A stretch of DNA of 64,000 nucleotides from Eledone cirrhosa (Eukaryota), in assembly GCA_964016885.1 (NCBI GenBank), contig OZ024741.1:17732001-17796000 (forward strand), written 5' to 3'. Both the position numbers and the translations under genes were made by a program. The notes under the pieces were generated by a model, which worked only from the letters and a program-made list of their open reading frames with translations, made no database searches and had not been told where the DNA came from. Numbering within the stretch: the first letter of the stretch is position 1; each line of letters opens with the position of its first letter. Positions 51,147 to 64,000 of the stretch are shown in pieces.

Positions 51147-51622
51147 GTTCTTCTGGTTTTATAATTTCACAAAGTTTTACCAATAGAGAGAGAGTCGGTT
51201 TTTAACATAGACACAAGACTCTCTCATTGGAATTTACACAACATCAACTAGGTAGATATGTATGTATGTCTGCATGCATGCATGTGTAGATATGGATGTT
51301 ATTGTATGTGTGGATGTGTATGTTTTGAGTTGTATGTGTGCATGTGTATATGCTTTGTATCTGTACATGTGTATATGCAGTTATTAGATGCAAAATTTTT
51401 GGAATGTTTTACATATTTTTACTGTTCCATTCATGGATTGTACTTGTAATTTCCTAACTAGTTGTGTTCTTTCTGTTCCTGTGAAGCCTAGCTTCTCAAG
51501 ATTTGTATTGAGGCAGTTACTAACATATCCCAGTGCCCCAATAATCACAGGCATAAATCTGAAGGTGTAATCAGAGTGGAGTATCTGCAGATTTCTCATC
51601 AGTTCTGCATAAATATTCTCCT
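51147..51622 (-). mobile_element. 3' fragment of an REL LINE in (CATA)n
   Basis: RNLQILHSDYTFRFMPVIIGALGYV..GTVKICKTF is homologous to 28512-28820. Confidence 0.8.
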
Positions 51623-52079
51623 ATGTATGTATGTATGTATGTATGTATGTATGTATGTATGTATGTATGTATGTATGTATGTATGTATGTATGTATGTAT
51701 GTATGTATGTATATACATATATGTATGGGCTTAAGCCCACAGGATTCATTGACTTGTCTCTATATTCCTCTCTTTACGTTGCATACCACCATGTGTTTGT
51801 TTCCTTCCCTCTGTTTTCCCACTGTCCCGATAACTTAATTGAGTTATCGCTCACACTGATTTTAGGTATCTAGTCTTCAATGCGTCGAAATACCAACGAT
51901 AATCAGCAGACTACTGATGAGGACATTTTACCCCCTGTCTATTTTTATTCATATCTCTCTCTCTCTATATATATATATATATCTATATATATATATATAT
52001 ATATATACGCAAATTGCGACAGTTAAGTTACATTGATAATAACAATAACAACAACAGCCGAAAAAGAATGCAGTGAGAA

Positions 52080-52405
52080 ACATCACAACCTCGACAACCA
52101 CAACACCAACAACAACCACAACCACAACAACAACCGCCACAACAACCACAACAACCACAACAACAACCACAACATCTACAGCAACCGCCACAACAACAAC
52201 CACAACATCTACAGCAACCGCCACAACAACAACCACAACATCTACAGCAACCGCCACAACAACCACCACAACAACCACAACAACCACAACAACAACCACA
52301 GTATCTACAGCAACCGCTACAAAAACCACCACAACAACCGCAACAACCACAACAACCACAACAACAACCACAACAACCACAACCACCACCACAACAACAA
52401 CCTCA
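52080..52405. repeat. (CAA/CCA)n low-complexity tract with 30-bp subrepeats
   Basis: Direct sequence. Confidence 0.9.
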
Positions 52406-52542
52406 ACATAATCCTTCCCTCACCCCTCTCTCCTCAATATAAACTAACACTTCCTATTGACAATAAATATTACATATTTCAATAGTTGTCTTACCACCAT
52501 AGTATGTCTCATCTCGAGGTATGTCGAATGGTGTGATGTGTA

Positions 52543-52649
<107 letters not shown>

Positions 52650-52659
52650 TAACATTTCA

Positions 52660-52899
52660 CCAAAACACATCAAAGCAGAGACAGACCCCATCAAGTTCAA
52701 GAAGTCTTTGGATAAATTCCTCCAAGAAATCCCGGATAAGCCTCCTACACCCGGATATGCCTCCGTAAACAATAACTCTCTGATCGAGTGGGCCATGGTA
52801 CCCAAACCCTGATTTGTAAGACTTCGCCAGGTAGTGCTATTAAGTTAGACATGGCCTGGGCCAATACTGTCCGAAACCTATCAAAGTTATCAAAGTTAT
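52660..52899 (+). mobile_element. 3' end of a CR1-group LINE
   Basis: PKHIKAETDPIKFKKSLDKFLQEIPDKPPTPGY...NS then stop. Tail (tatcaaagt)2. Confidence 0.65.
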
Positions 52900-53074
52900 A
52901 TATATGTAGAAGTGTATTTAATTTGTTGGAATTCCGACAAACATAAATATTTTTAACTGATATAAATAACGACATACCCATGGAAATCAACCTTAACGGT
53001 CGGAAATTCCAGGAAATTTCCGACCGTTAAGATTGATTTCCATGGGTATGTCGTTATTTATGAAACAAATTTTG

Positions 53075-53139
53075 TATTTTATCTGATGAAAGTGCACCAA
53101 GATGGACTTGGTCGCCCTTGAAATATATATAAAATAAAT
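53075..53139 (+). ncRNA. Hammerhead (family H) in element 52905-53180, with internal hairpin 52963-53061
   Basis: CUGAUGA AAGUGCACCAAG-AUGGA-CUUGGUCGCCCUU GAA AUAUAUAU A. Stem I imperfect. Confidence 0.7.
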
Positions 53140-53363
53140 ATTGTTTTATAAAAATAGTTTTCCATTTATTAATATCTTGGTATATATATATATATATATA
53201 TATAGTATTTACGTATCGAGAAAGAGAAAAAAAGGAGGGATAGGTGATACATATAGTTATTTGCCAAGTAGCGTATGCCAAAGGTGCTCGATACTAGTGC
53301 CGGCAGTATTAAATATTCGAAGTGTTAATATTTAGTGGGCTAGAGAGTTAGCAGAGCGTAAGC

Positions 53364-53643
53364 ACGTGGGAAAGTAAAAAATCGGAGAATAGACCGTTAA
53401 AACATGTTTATTTAAAATATCACCTACGTACATTTGGCCCAGTTGGGCTTCTCAAGGGCATAAGTAATCACAAGTGTTCCTTATATTGCTCGGAAAGAGT
53501 TTTGGGGGTTAAATCCATAAATATAAGGAACACTTGTGATTATTTATGCCCTTGAGAAGCCCAACTGGGCGAAACGTACGTAGGTGATATTTTAAATAAA
53601 CATGTTTTAACGGTCTATTCTCCGATTTTTTACTTTCCCACGT
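53364..53643 (+). mobile_element. Fold-back element (family J) with a U3-A8 variant hammerhead at 53545-53589
   Basis: Arms 53364-53487 and 53520-53643. CC UUGAGAA GCCC-AACU-GGGC GAA ACGUACGU A^GG. Confidence 0.75.
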
Positions 53644-53652
53644 ATATATATA

Positions 53653-55444
53653 TATTGTTATACTTTGGGAGGGTCATGTTGCCAATAGGAAACACACGCA
53701 CCAGTTGTTTTAACTTCAATTTATTATAAATTAAATTTATAAATTTCCGGTTGGTTGGTTGGTTGGTTCCACAACCAGATGATTGTTCATATATTGTCAA
53801 AGTTCTTTCGTCACACATTCTGTGACCTCTTCAGTGACTTGGTTAACCCTGATAATGTACTCCCGCTACGTTGATGATATAAACATCGTAGTAAAAACAC
53901 ACCCACTAGAGAACAGTCAGGAATTAGAGAAAAACACCATGGAAAGCATCCAACAAATAGCTAACTTCATCCACCAGAGTATTAGAGTTACTATAGACTA
54001 CCCAAGCAAACACCCCAACCATCGATTACCTGTACTAGACACAGAGCTCTGGTTAGATACTATTAATAACAAAAAATAAATCCTCCATTCCCATTATGCC
54101 AAACCCATGACTTCCAAATATCTGATCCACCGAAACTCAGCTATTTCGGACCATACCAAAATCAACATACTGATTGCAGATTTGGTACGGGTGATGAGAA
54201 ACGTGTCCCGCATGTGCAACTCCAAAGAAGTAGAGAAATACATACAACACTTCATCCACCGTATGCAGTTCTCTGGTTACAATCAGAAAGATAAAATCAG
54301 AGTATATAGAGGAGCCAGAACCAAATGGGAAAAAATGGGAAATAATGACACAAATGGGACCTGCCCCTTGTATAGGAGCAAATTTTGGAATAGAATAGAA
54401 AGAACTAGGAATAAAGTTAATAGAATAAACTCATGGTATGATAGCAATAAATACCAGAGTGTAATGTTCATCGATACAACCCCTAGAGGTGAATTAGCTT
54501 ACAAATTTAGAAGGGCCCTAGATAAACATAAACTCAATATTAAGATAGTAGAAAGACCAGGTACCTCCGTAAAAACACTTATTAGCAAGACATACCCTTT
54601 CCAAAGACCCCCTGTATAGATAAGAAATGTATAACCTGTAAATTAAGCCCCCATATTAACTGTAAAATTAGAAATGTAGTATATAGCATAAGATGTACTG
54701 AAGGACAATGTAGAGATAAGAATATAGTGTACATAGGTGAGACAGCTCGTAGTATAGGGGAACGGATAAATGAACACTGGCGAGACCTTCAAGATAGTAA
54801 AGAATCATCTGTACTCTACCAACATGCTAAAATAGAACATAAGGGTAAATTAGAGAACATAGAAATAAAAATAGAATCTACACACAGAAAAGACGCAATG
54901 TTTAGACAAATCACAGAGGCAATAAACATAAATGAACTCCAACCAAAATTAAATAGAAAACATGAATGGAACAGCAACATCACAACTTACAATTAAGGAC
55001 AAAATGAAAACACACACACACATAGAACAAACAACCAACCAGTAACATGTAAATAAACAAATAAATAAACAAATATAAACACACACAGACACCCGGATAT
55101 AACACATGCGCAAACTAAGCACACAACACACACAAAAACAAGATGACGTAGGACAGAACAAAGGAGAGGCACAAAAACAAAGAAAAGAATCCCCAGTCAC
55201 TGAAGAGGTCACATAATGTGTGACGAAAGAACTTTGACAATATATAAACAATCATTTGGTTGTGGAACCAACCAACCGGAAATTTATAAATTCCTAAATT
55301 TATAAATTTAATTTATAATAAATTGAAGTGAAAGCAACTGGTGTGTGTGTTTCTTATTGGCAACATGACCCTCCCAAAGTATAACAATATCGGTTTCAAC
55401 ACACGTTTTCAGATAAAGAATCTTGCTAAACAAATTCAGAAACG

Positions 55445-55448
<4 letters not shown>
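53653..55448 (+). mobile_element. 5'-truncated Penelope-like element (RT C-terminus, Cys linker, GIY-YIG) with inverted pLTR, in (TA)n
   Basis: YSRYVDDI, LPVLD and thumb region. After a frameshift near 54600: C-x4-C-x2-C-x7-C, VVYSIRC and YIGETARS..R..EH. 53653-53840 is inverted at 55194-55392. Confidence 0.93.
55196..55238 (+). ncRNA. Minimal hammerhead in the PLE pLTR (family D; inverted copy at 53796-53838)
   Basis: GUCA CUGAAGA G GUCACA-UAAUG-UGUGAC GAA AG-AA-CU U^UGAC. Confidence 0.75.
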
Positions 55449-55479
<31 letters not shown>

Positions 55480-55661
55480 CAAAAGGGATATTCAATTTGT
55501 TGGTAATTCAACAAATATAAATGTTTATAACTGATTCAGAGCACTCGGCAGATTTTCTGGAGTATAATATACAATGATATTAAATAAATAGAAACTATAA
55601 TAACCTTCAAGTGATAACTTGAACCGTTAAGGTTATGTCAAAATTTATAAAACACACTTCG

Positions 55662-55722
55662 TATTTTATCTGATGATAGCGTACCAAAGTTTTGGTACCC
55701 TTGAAATATATATAATAGAATA
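55662..55722 (+). ncRNA. Hammerhead (family H) in element 55480-55765
   Basis: UAUUUUAU CUGAUGA UAGCGUACCAAA-GU-UUUGGUACCCUU GAA AUAUAUAU A^AUAGAAUA. Confidence 0.8.
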
Positions 55723-55761
55723 AATATGGTTTTATAAATATAGTTTCCATTTATTTAATAT

Positions 55762-55828
<67 letters not shown>

Positions 55829-56183
55829 AGTGTGTGTGTGTGTATGTGTGTGTGCGTGCGCGTATGTATGTGTGCGTGTGTGTGTGTGTGTCTGCGTCTG
55901 TGTGTGTGTATGTGTGTGTGTGTCTGAGTCTGTGTGTATGTGTATGTGTGTGTATATGTCGAGCTTTTGATTCCAGAGTCGGGTCAGATCGATACAGATC
56001 GAACCTTGAGCTGATCAATAACAAAGCGCGCATCACCAATCAATAAACGTAATAAAGGCTCAACAAATCGTCCTTTTATTATTGTATTACACTCTGTGTA
56101 GCTCTACACCTCGCCACTGACGTGGACCTAAACATCAATGGCTCGCCTGGGTGAACCTACAGTCACTTCATCTTACACCCCCT

Positions 56184-56226
<43 letters not shown>

Positions 56227-56437
56227 GGTATCCACTGTAAGAGGTATCCACTGTAAGATTGCTTTTGAAAACAGCTGGTGATATGCATGTAAGTAAATAT
56301 TCTCTCTATCTGATAGTTTGTAAACTTACATAGATCAATAACTGAGTATAGATACAATGTATTATCACCATCTAGAAACGATCGTAAAGCAGTGAAGTAT
56401 ATCTCTAATGACTTGATTTTTTATTTCATTGTTTTAA

Positions 56438-56501
<64 letters not shown>

Positions 56502-56504
<3 letters not shown>

Positions 56505-56640
56505 GAAAATGGAACGGGAACAAAACAAAGAGGCAGTACAAACAAAGGTTTATTAGTTTCACGCTCTTGACCCCGACGGCAGAGCTGAAGCCGTTTCGAC
56601 AGCTATTTCAGTCCAGAAATAGCCGTCGAAACAGCTTGAT
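56502..56640 (-). mobile_element. Family K half-hammerhead fold-back joined to the family I-type 3' tail
   Basis: Minus strand GCCGUC^GGGGUCAAGAGCGUGAAACUAAUAAA..UGUACUGCCUCUU. Confidence 0.65.
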
Positions 56641-57479
56641 AAATTTCTATACTAAATATAAGGTTATCTGTAGAATCATTGGGTTTTTTAAATCTTTTAA
56701 ATTATTTTTATTTATTTGTTTTGATTCTGATAGCTTGTCATAACTTTCATAAGTCTACCCTTTCAATATCTTGATTGAGATATACGTAGGATAAATTTCT
56801 ATACTAAATATATAAAACATATTATTTTAACTTAAGATACTCTATAGTGTTTTAAAGATATTTAATGCTTTGATATTTCTAGATTTCTTTTGCCTATACT
56901 GATATACTTGTATTTCCAAAATATATTCCTTTGGTATTTTAAATTTATATTGTTATAGTTATATTTACAAGTTATAATCCTTTAGTAATATATTGATATT
57001 TGATTATCTCTATACAAATGCATATGTGTGTATTAACATGCATATAAAGTGTTATAGGTTTTTTGTGTTTGTATATATGTCTGTATATATACATGAGCGA
57101 TGCGTGAGGACGCACGCAAATATTTATTTATACATATGTATGTGTATATATGTATGTATATATATCTATGTGGGTGAGAGATATGTTGCAGATATGCATA
57201 ATATTAAATACATGAATGGTAATCGTATATATGAGGACATGGATATTAATCGTATATATTTATGTATATATACTGTGAACATTTTATAACACAAGGAATG
57301 TACAGCAGTGATTAAGAGAAATCATTTACGTTTTGTATGGCTATATTGTTGGCTTGAGTAAACATAATTTCTATTTTCAGGACGTGCGTATGTGTATATA
57401 TATATATATACATATATATTTGTATGTCTTTGCATAAGATACTGATCTCTATAGCAAGGGTACATTTTGAACGATTTAA

Positions 57480-59335
57480 CTCAGATTTTGGTATATTGAT
57501 CTCAAGTTTTTAAACTAAACATATAGTCATTATTGAACAATGTTTAATTTCTCATATTATATATCTATGTCCCATTCATGAATATTGATATTTATATTTT
57601 TATTATTCATTTCATATAAATTGTTAACTCAACTTAATATAACATGACGTAAAGTTTTCATTGTCTCCCCCTCTCTCTATATAGTATTTCTCTCTCTGGA
57701 GTTTTTCTATCTGTATGATGACTTGATATCTCTCTGTTGCTTTCCTTTGTTTTTCTTATTTCTTCCTTTTTTCTTTCTTTTTTATTTCCTCCTATCTTTA
57801 TTTATCTCTTTCTTTTCTCCATACATTTCTCTCTCTGATATTTCTCCAGGTTTTCTTTCTCTCTCTCCATCTTTTTTCTTTTTTTCTTTCTCTCCGCCTT
57901 TTTCTAATTGTGCTTAACACTATGACTTATTAAAATAATATAAACAAATCACTATCCAGACAGCCTCCAAAAGTAATGGTTGCATTTTAAAAGGGTACGT
58001 CAAAGCTATTTGTAAAACTGTTATATATTGTATTTTGTCTGATGAAGGCATACCATAATTTAATGTGGTATCCCTGAAATATGTATAATGAAATAAATAT
58101 GGTTTTATAAATATAGTTTCCATTTATTAATATCGTATATATATATATATATACGATATTAACAAATGGAAACTATATTTATAAAACCATATCTATTTTA
58201 TTATACATATTTCAAGGATACCATGTTAAATTATGGTATGCTTTCATCAGACAAAATACAATATATACCAGTTTTATAAATAAATATTGACGTACCCTTT
58301 CAAAATGCAACCGTTACTTTTGGAAGACATCAGGGATAGTGGATTTGTTTATCTTAGTAGGTCGTTGTGTTAAGGAGAAGGAAAAAGACGGAGAGAGAAA
58401 AAAACCGAGAGAGAGAAAAGTGGAGAAAGAAAGGGAGAGATAAAGAAAGTGTGTGTATATATATATTTATGTGTATTTTTGCGTGTGTGTACGAGTTATA
58501 TGATAGGTAATTTCTCTAGCAATATATATATTTAAATTCCAATTTTTAATATATTGATCTCAATTTTTAAACTAAATATCTAATCATAGTTAAACAATGA
58601 TTAATTTCTCATATTATATATGTATATTCCATTCATGAATATTAATATTTCTAATTTTATTTATTCATTTCATCTCAATTGTTAACTTAATTTAATATGA
58701 CATGACTTAAAGTTTTCGTTCTCTCCCCCTCTCTCTATCTCTATATTTCTCTCTCTTGATTTTTTCTCTCTGTCTGGTGTTTTGATATCTCTCTCTTGTT
58801 TTTGTTTTCTTTTTTTTTTCTTTTTTCTTTTTTCTTTTTACTTTTTTCTTTTTTCTTTTTTCTTTTTTCTTTTTTCTTTTTTCTTTTTTCTTTTTTCTTT
58901 TTTCTTTTTTCTTTTTTCTTTTTTCTTTTTTCTTTTTTCTTTTTTCTTTTTTCTTTCTTTATCTCTCCCTTTCTTTCTCCACTTTCCTCTCTCTCGGTTT
59001 TTCTCTCTCTCCGTCTTTTTCCTTCTCCTTAACACAACGACCTACTAAGATAAACAAATCCACTATCCCTGATGTCTTCCAAAAGTAACGGTTGCATTTT
59101 GAAAGGGTATGTCAATATTTATTTATAAAACTGGTATATATTGTATTTTGTCTGATGAAAGCATACCATAATTTAACATGGTATCCTTGAAATATGTATA
59201 ATAAAATAGATATGGTTTTATAAATATAGTTTCCATTTGTTAATATCGTATATTTACTCCAAATACTTGTCGAGTGCTTTATATCAGTTATAAAAATATT
59301 TGCTTGTTGTATCCCAACAATTTAAATAGAACTTT

Positions 59336-59340
<5 letters not shown>
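57480..59340 (+). mobile_element. Two long family H elements; the second has ~300-bp perfect inverted arms. Hammerheads at 58031-58095(+), 58194-58258(-), 59144-59208(+)
   Basis: 57480-58140 is similar to 58530-59250. 58149-58449 is the reverse complement of 58953-59253. Confidence 0.85.
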
Positions 59341-59366
<26 letters not shown>

Positions 59367-60014
59367 TTCAATCATATTTCAATCATATCTCATTTTGTTT
59401 GATCCGTTTTAGCTTGTTCGCTTTTTTGGCTATGGTGGTTAATGGCTTCTTAACCATCGTCTCAACGTGTATGACCTTTTTAACTTATGTTTATAGCTCT
59501 GGTATCTTCTTCAGTTCCATCGAGCGCTTGTCAGCACAATATGGAAGTTGCGTTTCGCTAATTTCTACCCACCGAAATGCGATTCTCGCTAAATTATATA
59601 TACACTCACACACACAGTCCTTTTGCTTTTTTACGCGAGGATGCATTCGGGAAAGCGGCGCATAAAGCAAATTCGCGTAAATCTAGTCTAATCTTCCTAT
59701 TTAAATTAATGGAAAAAACACGTTATAGCGCGTTATTCGATGAAGGTGAATATTTAATAATTTTTCAAAATGCGTTAATGCTAATTCGCGTACTTCACGT
59801 TCGCGTAAAAAGCAAACAGACTATATTTATAAACACACATATGTATATATATTTCAACGCATATATAAATGTATGTATATATATGTATTTATACTTTTTT
59901 TCTCTTTTACTCTTTTACCTGTTCCAGTCATCTGGCTGAGGTCATGGTGGGGCGCCGCCCTTGTTGCTACACGTTCTATCTCCAGCCTGTGTTGGCTGGC
60001 CATTAATGTGTGTG

Positions 60015-60046
<32 letters not shown>

Positions 60047-60449
60047 ATTGGTGTTGGATGCTTAAAGCGTCTGTATGCGGTAGGCCGTGGGGCACTCGAT
60101 GCTCTCATAGAGCAGAGTATGATGTCACAGAAAAAAAAGAAACAGTGTTGCGACGAATGGAATTTATTGGACATATTACAATCGTTTCCCTGGCGAGCAG
60201 CTCGAGGCACGATCGATGTGATGATCGAACCTGACTCTGAAAATCGCAAGGCCCTCAGATACGTCAGATTTTCCTAGGAAAATCAGCTTCGTAGAATCAA
60301 GACGTATATTTGCTCTACGGTTCTTATATATCTGATATATATTTATCCTTATCGAGCCCTCTTTGGATTTTAGTCTTCAAATTTATTATTATTACTATAT
60401 ATATTTATATATATATATATATGTATATATATACATACATATATTTATA

Positions 60450-61170
60450 CCCCACAACTCTCTACTTCCTCCACACCATACCAAGGTTTCTACACCTCTG
60501 GTCCACCGCTCCAGGCATCCACCCTGCTATACTCGGAATGTTCAACATCTATTCCTATACTCTGTGGGAAAACATTCAGGAACACACACAGAAACACTTC
60601 ATTATTTACGCACACACGCAACCATACATCCACACACACAAAACACACACACACACACACACGTGCGTATCCTCACATATGCATATCCTCTCTCTCCCAC
60701 CCCATCTGACCCCTCTCCATCCAGACACACACACTCACTTACACCCCACCTCATGTACACACTGGTTTCCCTATTACCCGAACATGGAACCTCGTTCTCC
60801 CCCAAACTCTCACACTCACATCCATACATACACACACACACGTACACCTACACACATACACAGACACCATCTTCCACCCTCCCCGTTCGGACTCCCCGTC
60901 ACCCCCCTCCACCCCACACGCCTCAGACCCTTTAAGCACTTGTTTCCTTTTAATTTTTAACCCTCTTTTTAATTCTTTTTCCTCCCCTTTCCCCACCTTT
61001 AATATCTTTCCACCACTCCCCCTCACGCTCTCGGAACTTTTTTCCTACCCACTTTTCCCTGATGAAGGGCTTATGCCCGAAACGTCGTCCCCCACCCCGC
61101 ACTCTCAAGCGTGAACCTAATACTAACACTTTGAACTGCACTCTTCGCTTTGTTTTTGTATACTGTTTTA

Positions 61171-61180
<10 letters not shown>
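60450..61180 (+). mobile_element. Family I element with hammerhead core at 61059-61086
   Basis: Homologous to the reverse complement of ~49690-50290. Flanked by (TA)n. Confidence 0.7.
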
Positions 61181-61260
<80 letters not shown>

Positions 61261-61347
61261 GATTATGAGTTCATGCAATTGACTTATGTTTCGTCACTAT
61301 ATATACAATATATTAATAAATGGAAACTATATTTATAAAACGATATT

Positions 61348-61413
61348 TATTTTATTATACATATTTCAAGGGCAACCAGGGCAAATTATGGTGCGCTTTC
61401 ATCAGATAAAATA
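61348..61413 (-). ncRNA. Hammerhead (family H) in element 61305-61597, with internal hairpin 61458-61528
   Basis: Reverse complement is nearly identical to 31374-31439. Confidence 0.8.
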
Positions 61414-61901
61414 CAGATTTGTTTTATAAATAAATATTGACATACCCGGAAAAAAGACAACCTTAACGGTTGGAGCTTCCTGAATAGTCAGTTGAGACTA
61501 TCCAGGAAGCTCCAACCGTTAAGGTTGAGTGCTTTATATCAGTTATAAAAATGTTTAAGCTTGTTGAATCCCAACAAATTAAATATAACCTCTGAATATA
61601 TATACACACACATATATATATATAAACGCGCTCATATATTCACCCAGCTTATGCTGACAGAATAACTATGAGCTTGTTCCCTTCCTATCTACGGTTAGCT
61701 TTCCTCTTTGTTGTTTACTTGTCTCACTCGCTTTACGCGTTTTAATTGTCCTAATAACTTAATTTAGTTATTATTGCACGAACGTGAGGTATATGATTTT
61801 TAATGCAATGAAATATCTATGATCGTTGGCAAATCACTGATGAGGGACTCATTTTATAACATGTTATCCATGTGCAACCTGCAGCATTCTTCTCCCCATT
61901 T

Positions 61902-61938
<37 letters not shown>

Positions 61939-61945
<7 letters not shown>

Positions 61946-62480
61946 AAGTTAAATAAAAGTCAAATGATTAACATTTAGCTTCGTTTATTACTGCTATATA
62001 TATTTCAGTGACAGCCATCTTTGGCTGTGACCTCTTCAGGCAGTTTGAATTAGTATGGTATAGACAAGTACATATGTTGTTTAGGTGTATAATATTGTCA
62101 ATACTCTGATATGCCCAGTTCCTTGTTGGGCTGTTAATTCACTGAGGAACTGGAATCATATGACTCCAGTTCCTCAGTGAATTAACAGCCCAACAAGGAA
62201 CTGGGCATATCAGAGTATTGACAATATTATACACCTAAACAACATATGTACTTGTCTATACCATACTAATTCAAACTGCCTGAAGAGGTCACAGCCAAAG
62301 ATGGCTGTCACTGAAATATATATAGCAGTAATAAACGAAGCTAAATTTTAATCATTTGACTTTTATTTAACTTTATTTTACACTACTCCGGAGTAACCAA
62401 ACCAACCTGCGCACTTCGTTCAGTGCTCCAGCCTGCATACTGAGGTGTTGGTATACAACCAACATAAACTCAAAATCTCT
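61939..62480 (+). mobile_element. Family B fold-back: ~440-bp near-perfect palindrome plus ~100-nt tail. Hammerheads at 61991-62043(-) and 62276-62328(+)
   Basis: Centre catatg at 62157-62162. CUGC CUGAAGA GGUCACAGCCA-AAGA-UGGCUGUCACU GAA AUAUAUAU A^GCAG. Confidence 0.92.
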
Positions 62481-62501
62481 ATATATATATAGAGAGAGAG
62501 A

Positions 62502-63670
62502 GGGCTGGTGGTGGTGGTGAGAGCTTGGTGGTGGTGGTGAGGGCTGGTGGTGAGGGCTTGGTGGTGGTGGTGATGGCTGGTGGTGAGGGCTTGGTGGTGG
62601 TGGTGAGGGCTTGGTGGTGGGGGTGAGGTCTTGGTGATGGTGGTGAGGGCTGGTGTTGAGGGCTGGTGGTGAGGGCTTGGTGGTGATGGTGAGGGCTTGG
62701 TGGTGATGGTGAGGGCTGGTGGTGAGGCCTTGGTGGTGGGGGTGAAGGGTTGGTGGTGATGGTGAGGGCTGGTGGTGAGGCCTTGGTGGTGGGGTGAGGG
62801 CTTGGTGGTGAAGGCTGGAGGTGAGGGCTTGGCGGTGGGGTCTGATGTTGAGGGCTTGGCGGTGGGGGCTTGGTGGTGGTGAGGGCTGGTGGTGGTGGCT
62901 TGTTGGTGGTGAGGGCTGGTGGTGGTGGCTTGTTGGTGGTGGGGGCTTGGTGGTGGGGGCTCGGTGGTGAAGGCTTGGTGGTGGTGGTGAGGGCTTGGTG
63001 GTGGTGGTTTGGTGGTAGTGGAGGATCGGTGGTGGTGGCTTGGTGGTGGTGGTGAGGGCTTGGTGGTGGTGGCTTGGTTGTGGTGGGGCTCGGTGGTGGT
63101 GGGGGTTTGGTGGTGGTGGTGGGGGCTCGGTGGTGGTGGCTTGGTGATGGTGGTGAGGGCTTGGTGGTGGGGGTTTGGTGGTGTTGGTGGTGGGGGCTCG
63201 GTGGTGGTGGCTTGGTGGTGGTGGTGAGGGCTTGGTGGTGGTGGCTTGGTGGTGGTGGAGGCTCGGTGGTAGTGGCTTGGTGGTGGATAGGGCTGGTGGT
63301 GGTGGATTGTTGGTGGTGGTGAGGGGTTGGTGGTGGGGGCTTGGTGGTGGTGGTGGGGGCTCGGTGGTGGTGATTTGGTGGTGGTGGTGAGGGCTTGGTG
63401 GTGGGGGCTTGATGGTGGTGGGGGCTCGGTGGTGGTGGCTTGGTGGTGGTGGTGGTGGGGGCTCGGTGGTGGTGGCTTGGTGGTGAGGGCTTGGTGGTGA
63501 GGGCTTGGTGGTGAGGGCTTGGTGGTGGTGGTGACTTTGTGGTGGTTGTGAGGGCTTGGTTGTGGTGGATTGGTGTTGGTGGTGAGGGCTTGGTGGTTGG
63601 GGTTTGGTGAGGGTCTGGTGGTGGTGTCTGGTGGTGGGGGATTGTGTTGGTGGGGTCTGGTGGTGGAGTC
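62502..63670. repeat. G-rich (GGT)n / GAGGGCTT compound repeat
   Basis: Direct sequence. Confidence 0.9.
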
Positions 63671-63796
63671 TAGTGTTTGGTTAAAAGAAGTAGAAAGGAA
63701 TGTAGGACATTACCTCCCTGTTACATGACATGAACAACAAAGATTTGAAAACGGAGTCAAAAACAAATAAAAATCAACATGTATGCTCGCATGTAT

Positions 63797-63872
<76 letters not shown>

Positions 63873-64000
63873 CATACATACATATATATATATATTTATA
63901 TATATACATACATGTATGCATATATATATATATTATATGAGTACGAGCACACACACACACATATATATTGTAGTAGAAACTTGGTATAATATACAAGGGT

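Noticed and set aside
51880-51935. GAAA..CTGATGA (also CTGATGA at 3716, 25938, 43688 and 61837) as hammerheads
   Set aside because: Could not build convincing stems I-III by eye
59873-60277. 134-aa ORF as a host exon
   Set aside because: Spans a SINE-like fragment, (TA)n and a repeat also present at 22800 without a conserved frame
62502-63670. G-rich tract as telomeric repeat or Gly/Trp-rich gene
   Set aside because: Irregular (GGT)n derivative, not TTAGGG arrays. The ORFs are low-complexity artefacts

Overview
AT-rich, microsatellite-dense eukaryotic (animal) DNA with no confidently identifiable host gene. The SINE and repeat content resembles an octopus/coleoid cephalopod genome (inference from recalled repeats, not verified). 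The window is almost entirely retroelements and simple repeats. It contains (i) a ~15-kb nest at 6131-21430: an RTE LINE holds a SINE-like element, whose (TAA)n tail holds a near full-length Tx1/L1 LINE flanked by two R4/Dong LINEs, with TSDs readable at three of the insertions; (ii) a CRE-clade LINE with a PHD finger; (iii) Penelope-like (PLE) remnants; (iv) REL- and CR1-type LINE tails, SINEs and a hAT MITE; (v) a 7.6-kb compound satellite and a 30/33-bp minisatellite. The most striking signal is about 23 type I hammerhead ribozyme motifs, folded by eye, in about 10 distinct sequence families. They sit in short non-coding fold-back or partial-tandem elements, almost all between (TA)n tracts. 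One family is physically linked to a GIY-YIG Penelope-like element. This looks like a diverse (TA)n-associated non-autonomous PLE/retrozyme community. Coordinates were read by hand and may be off by a few bases.
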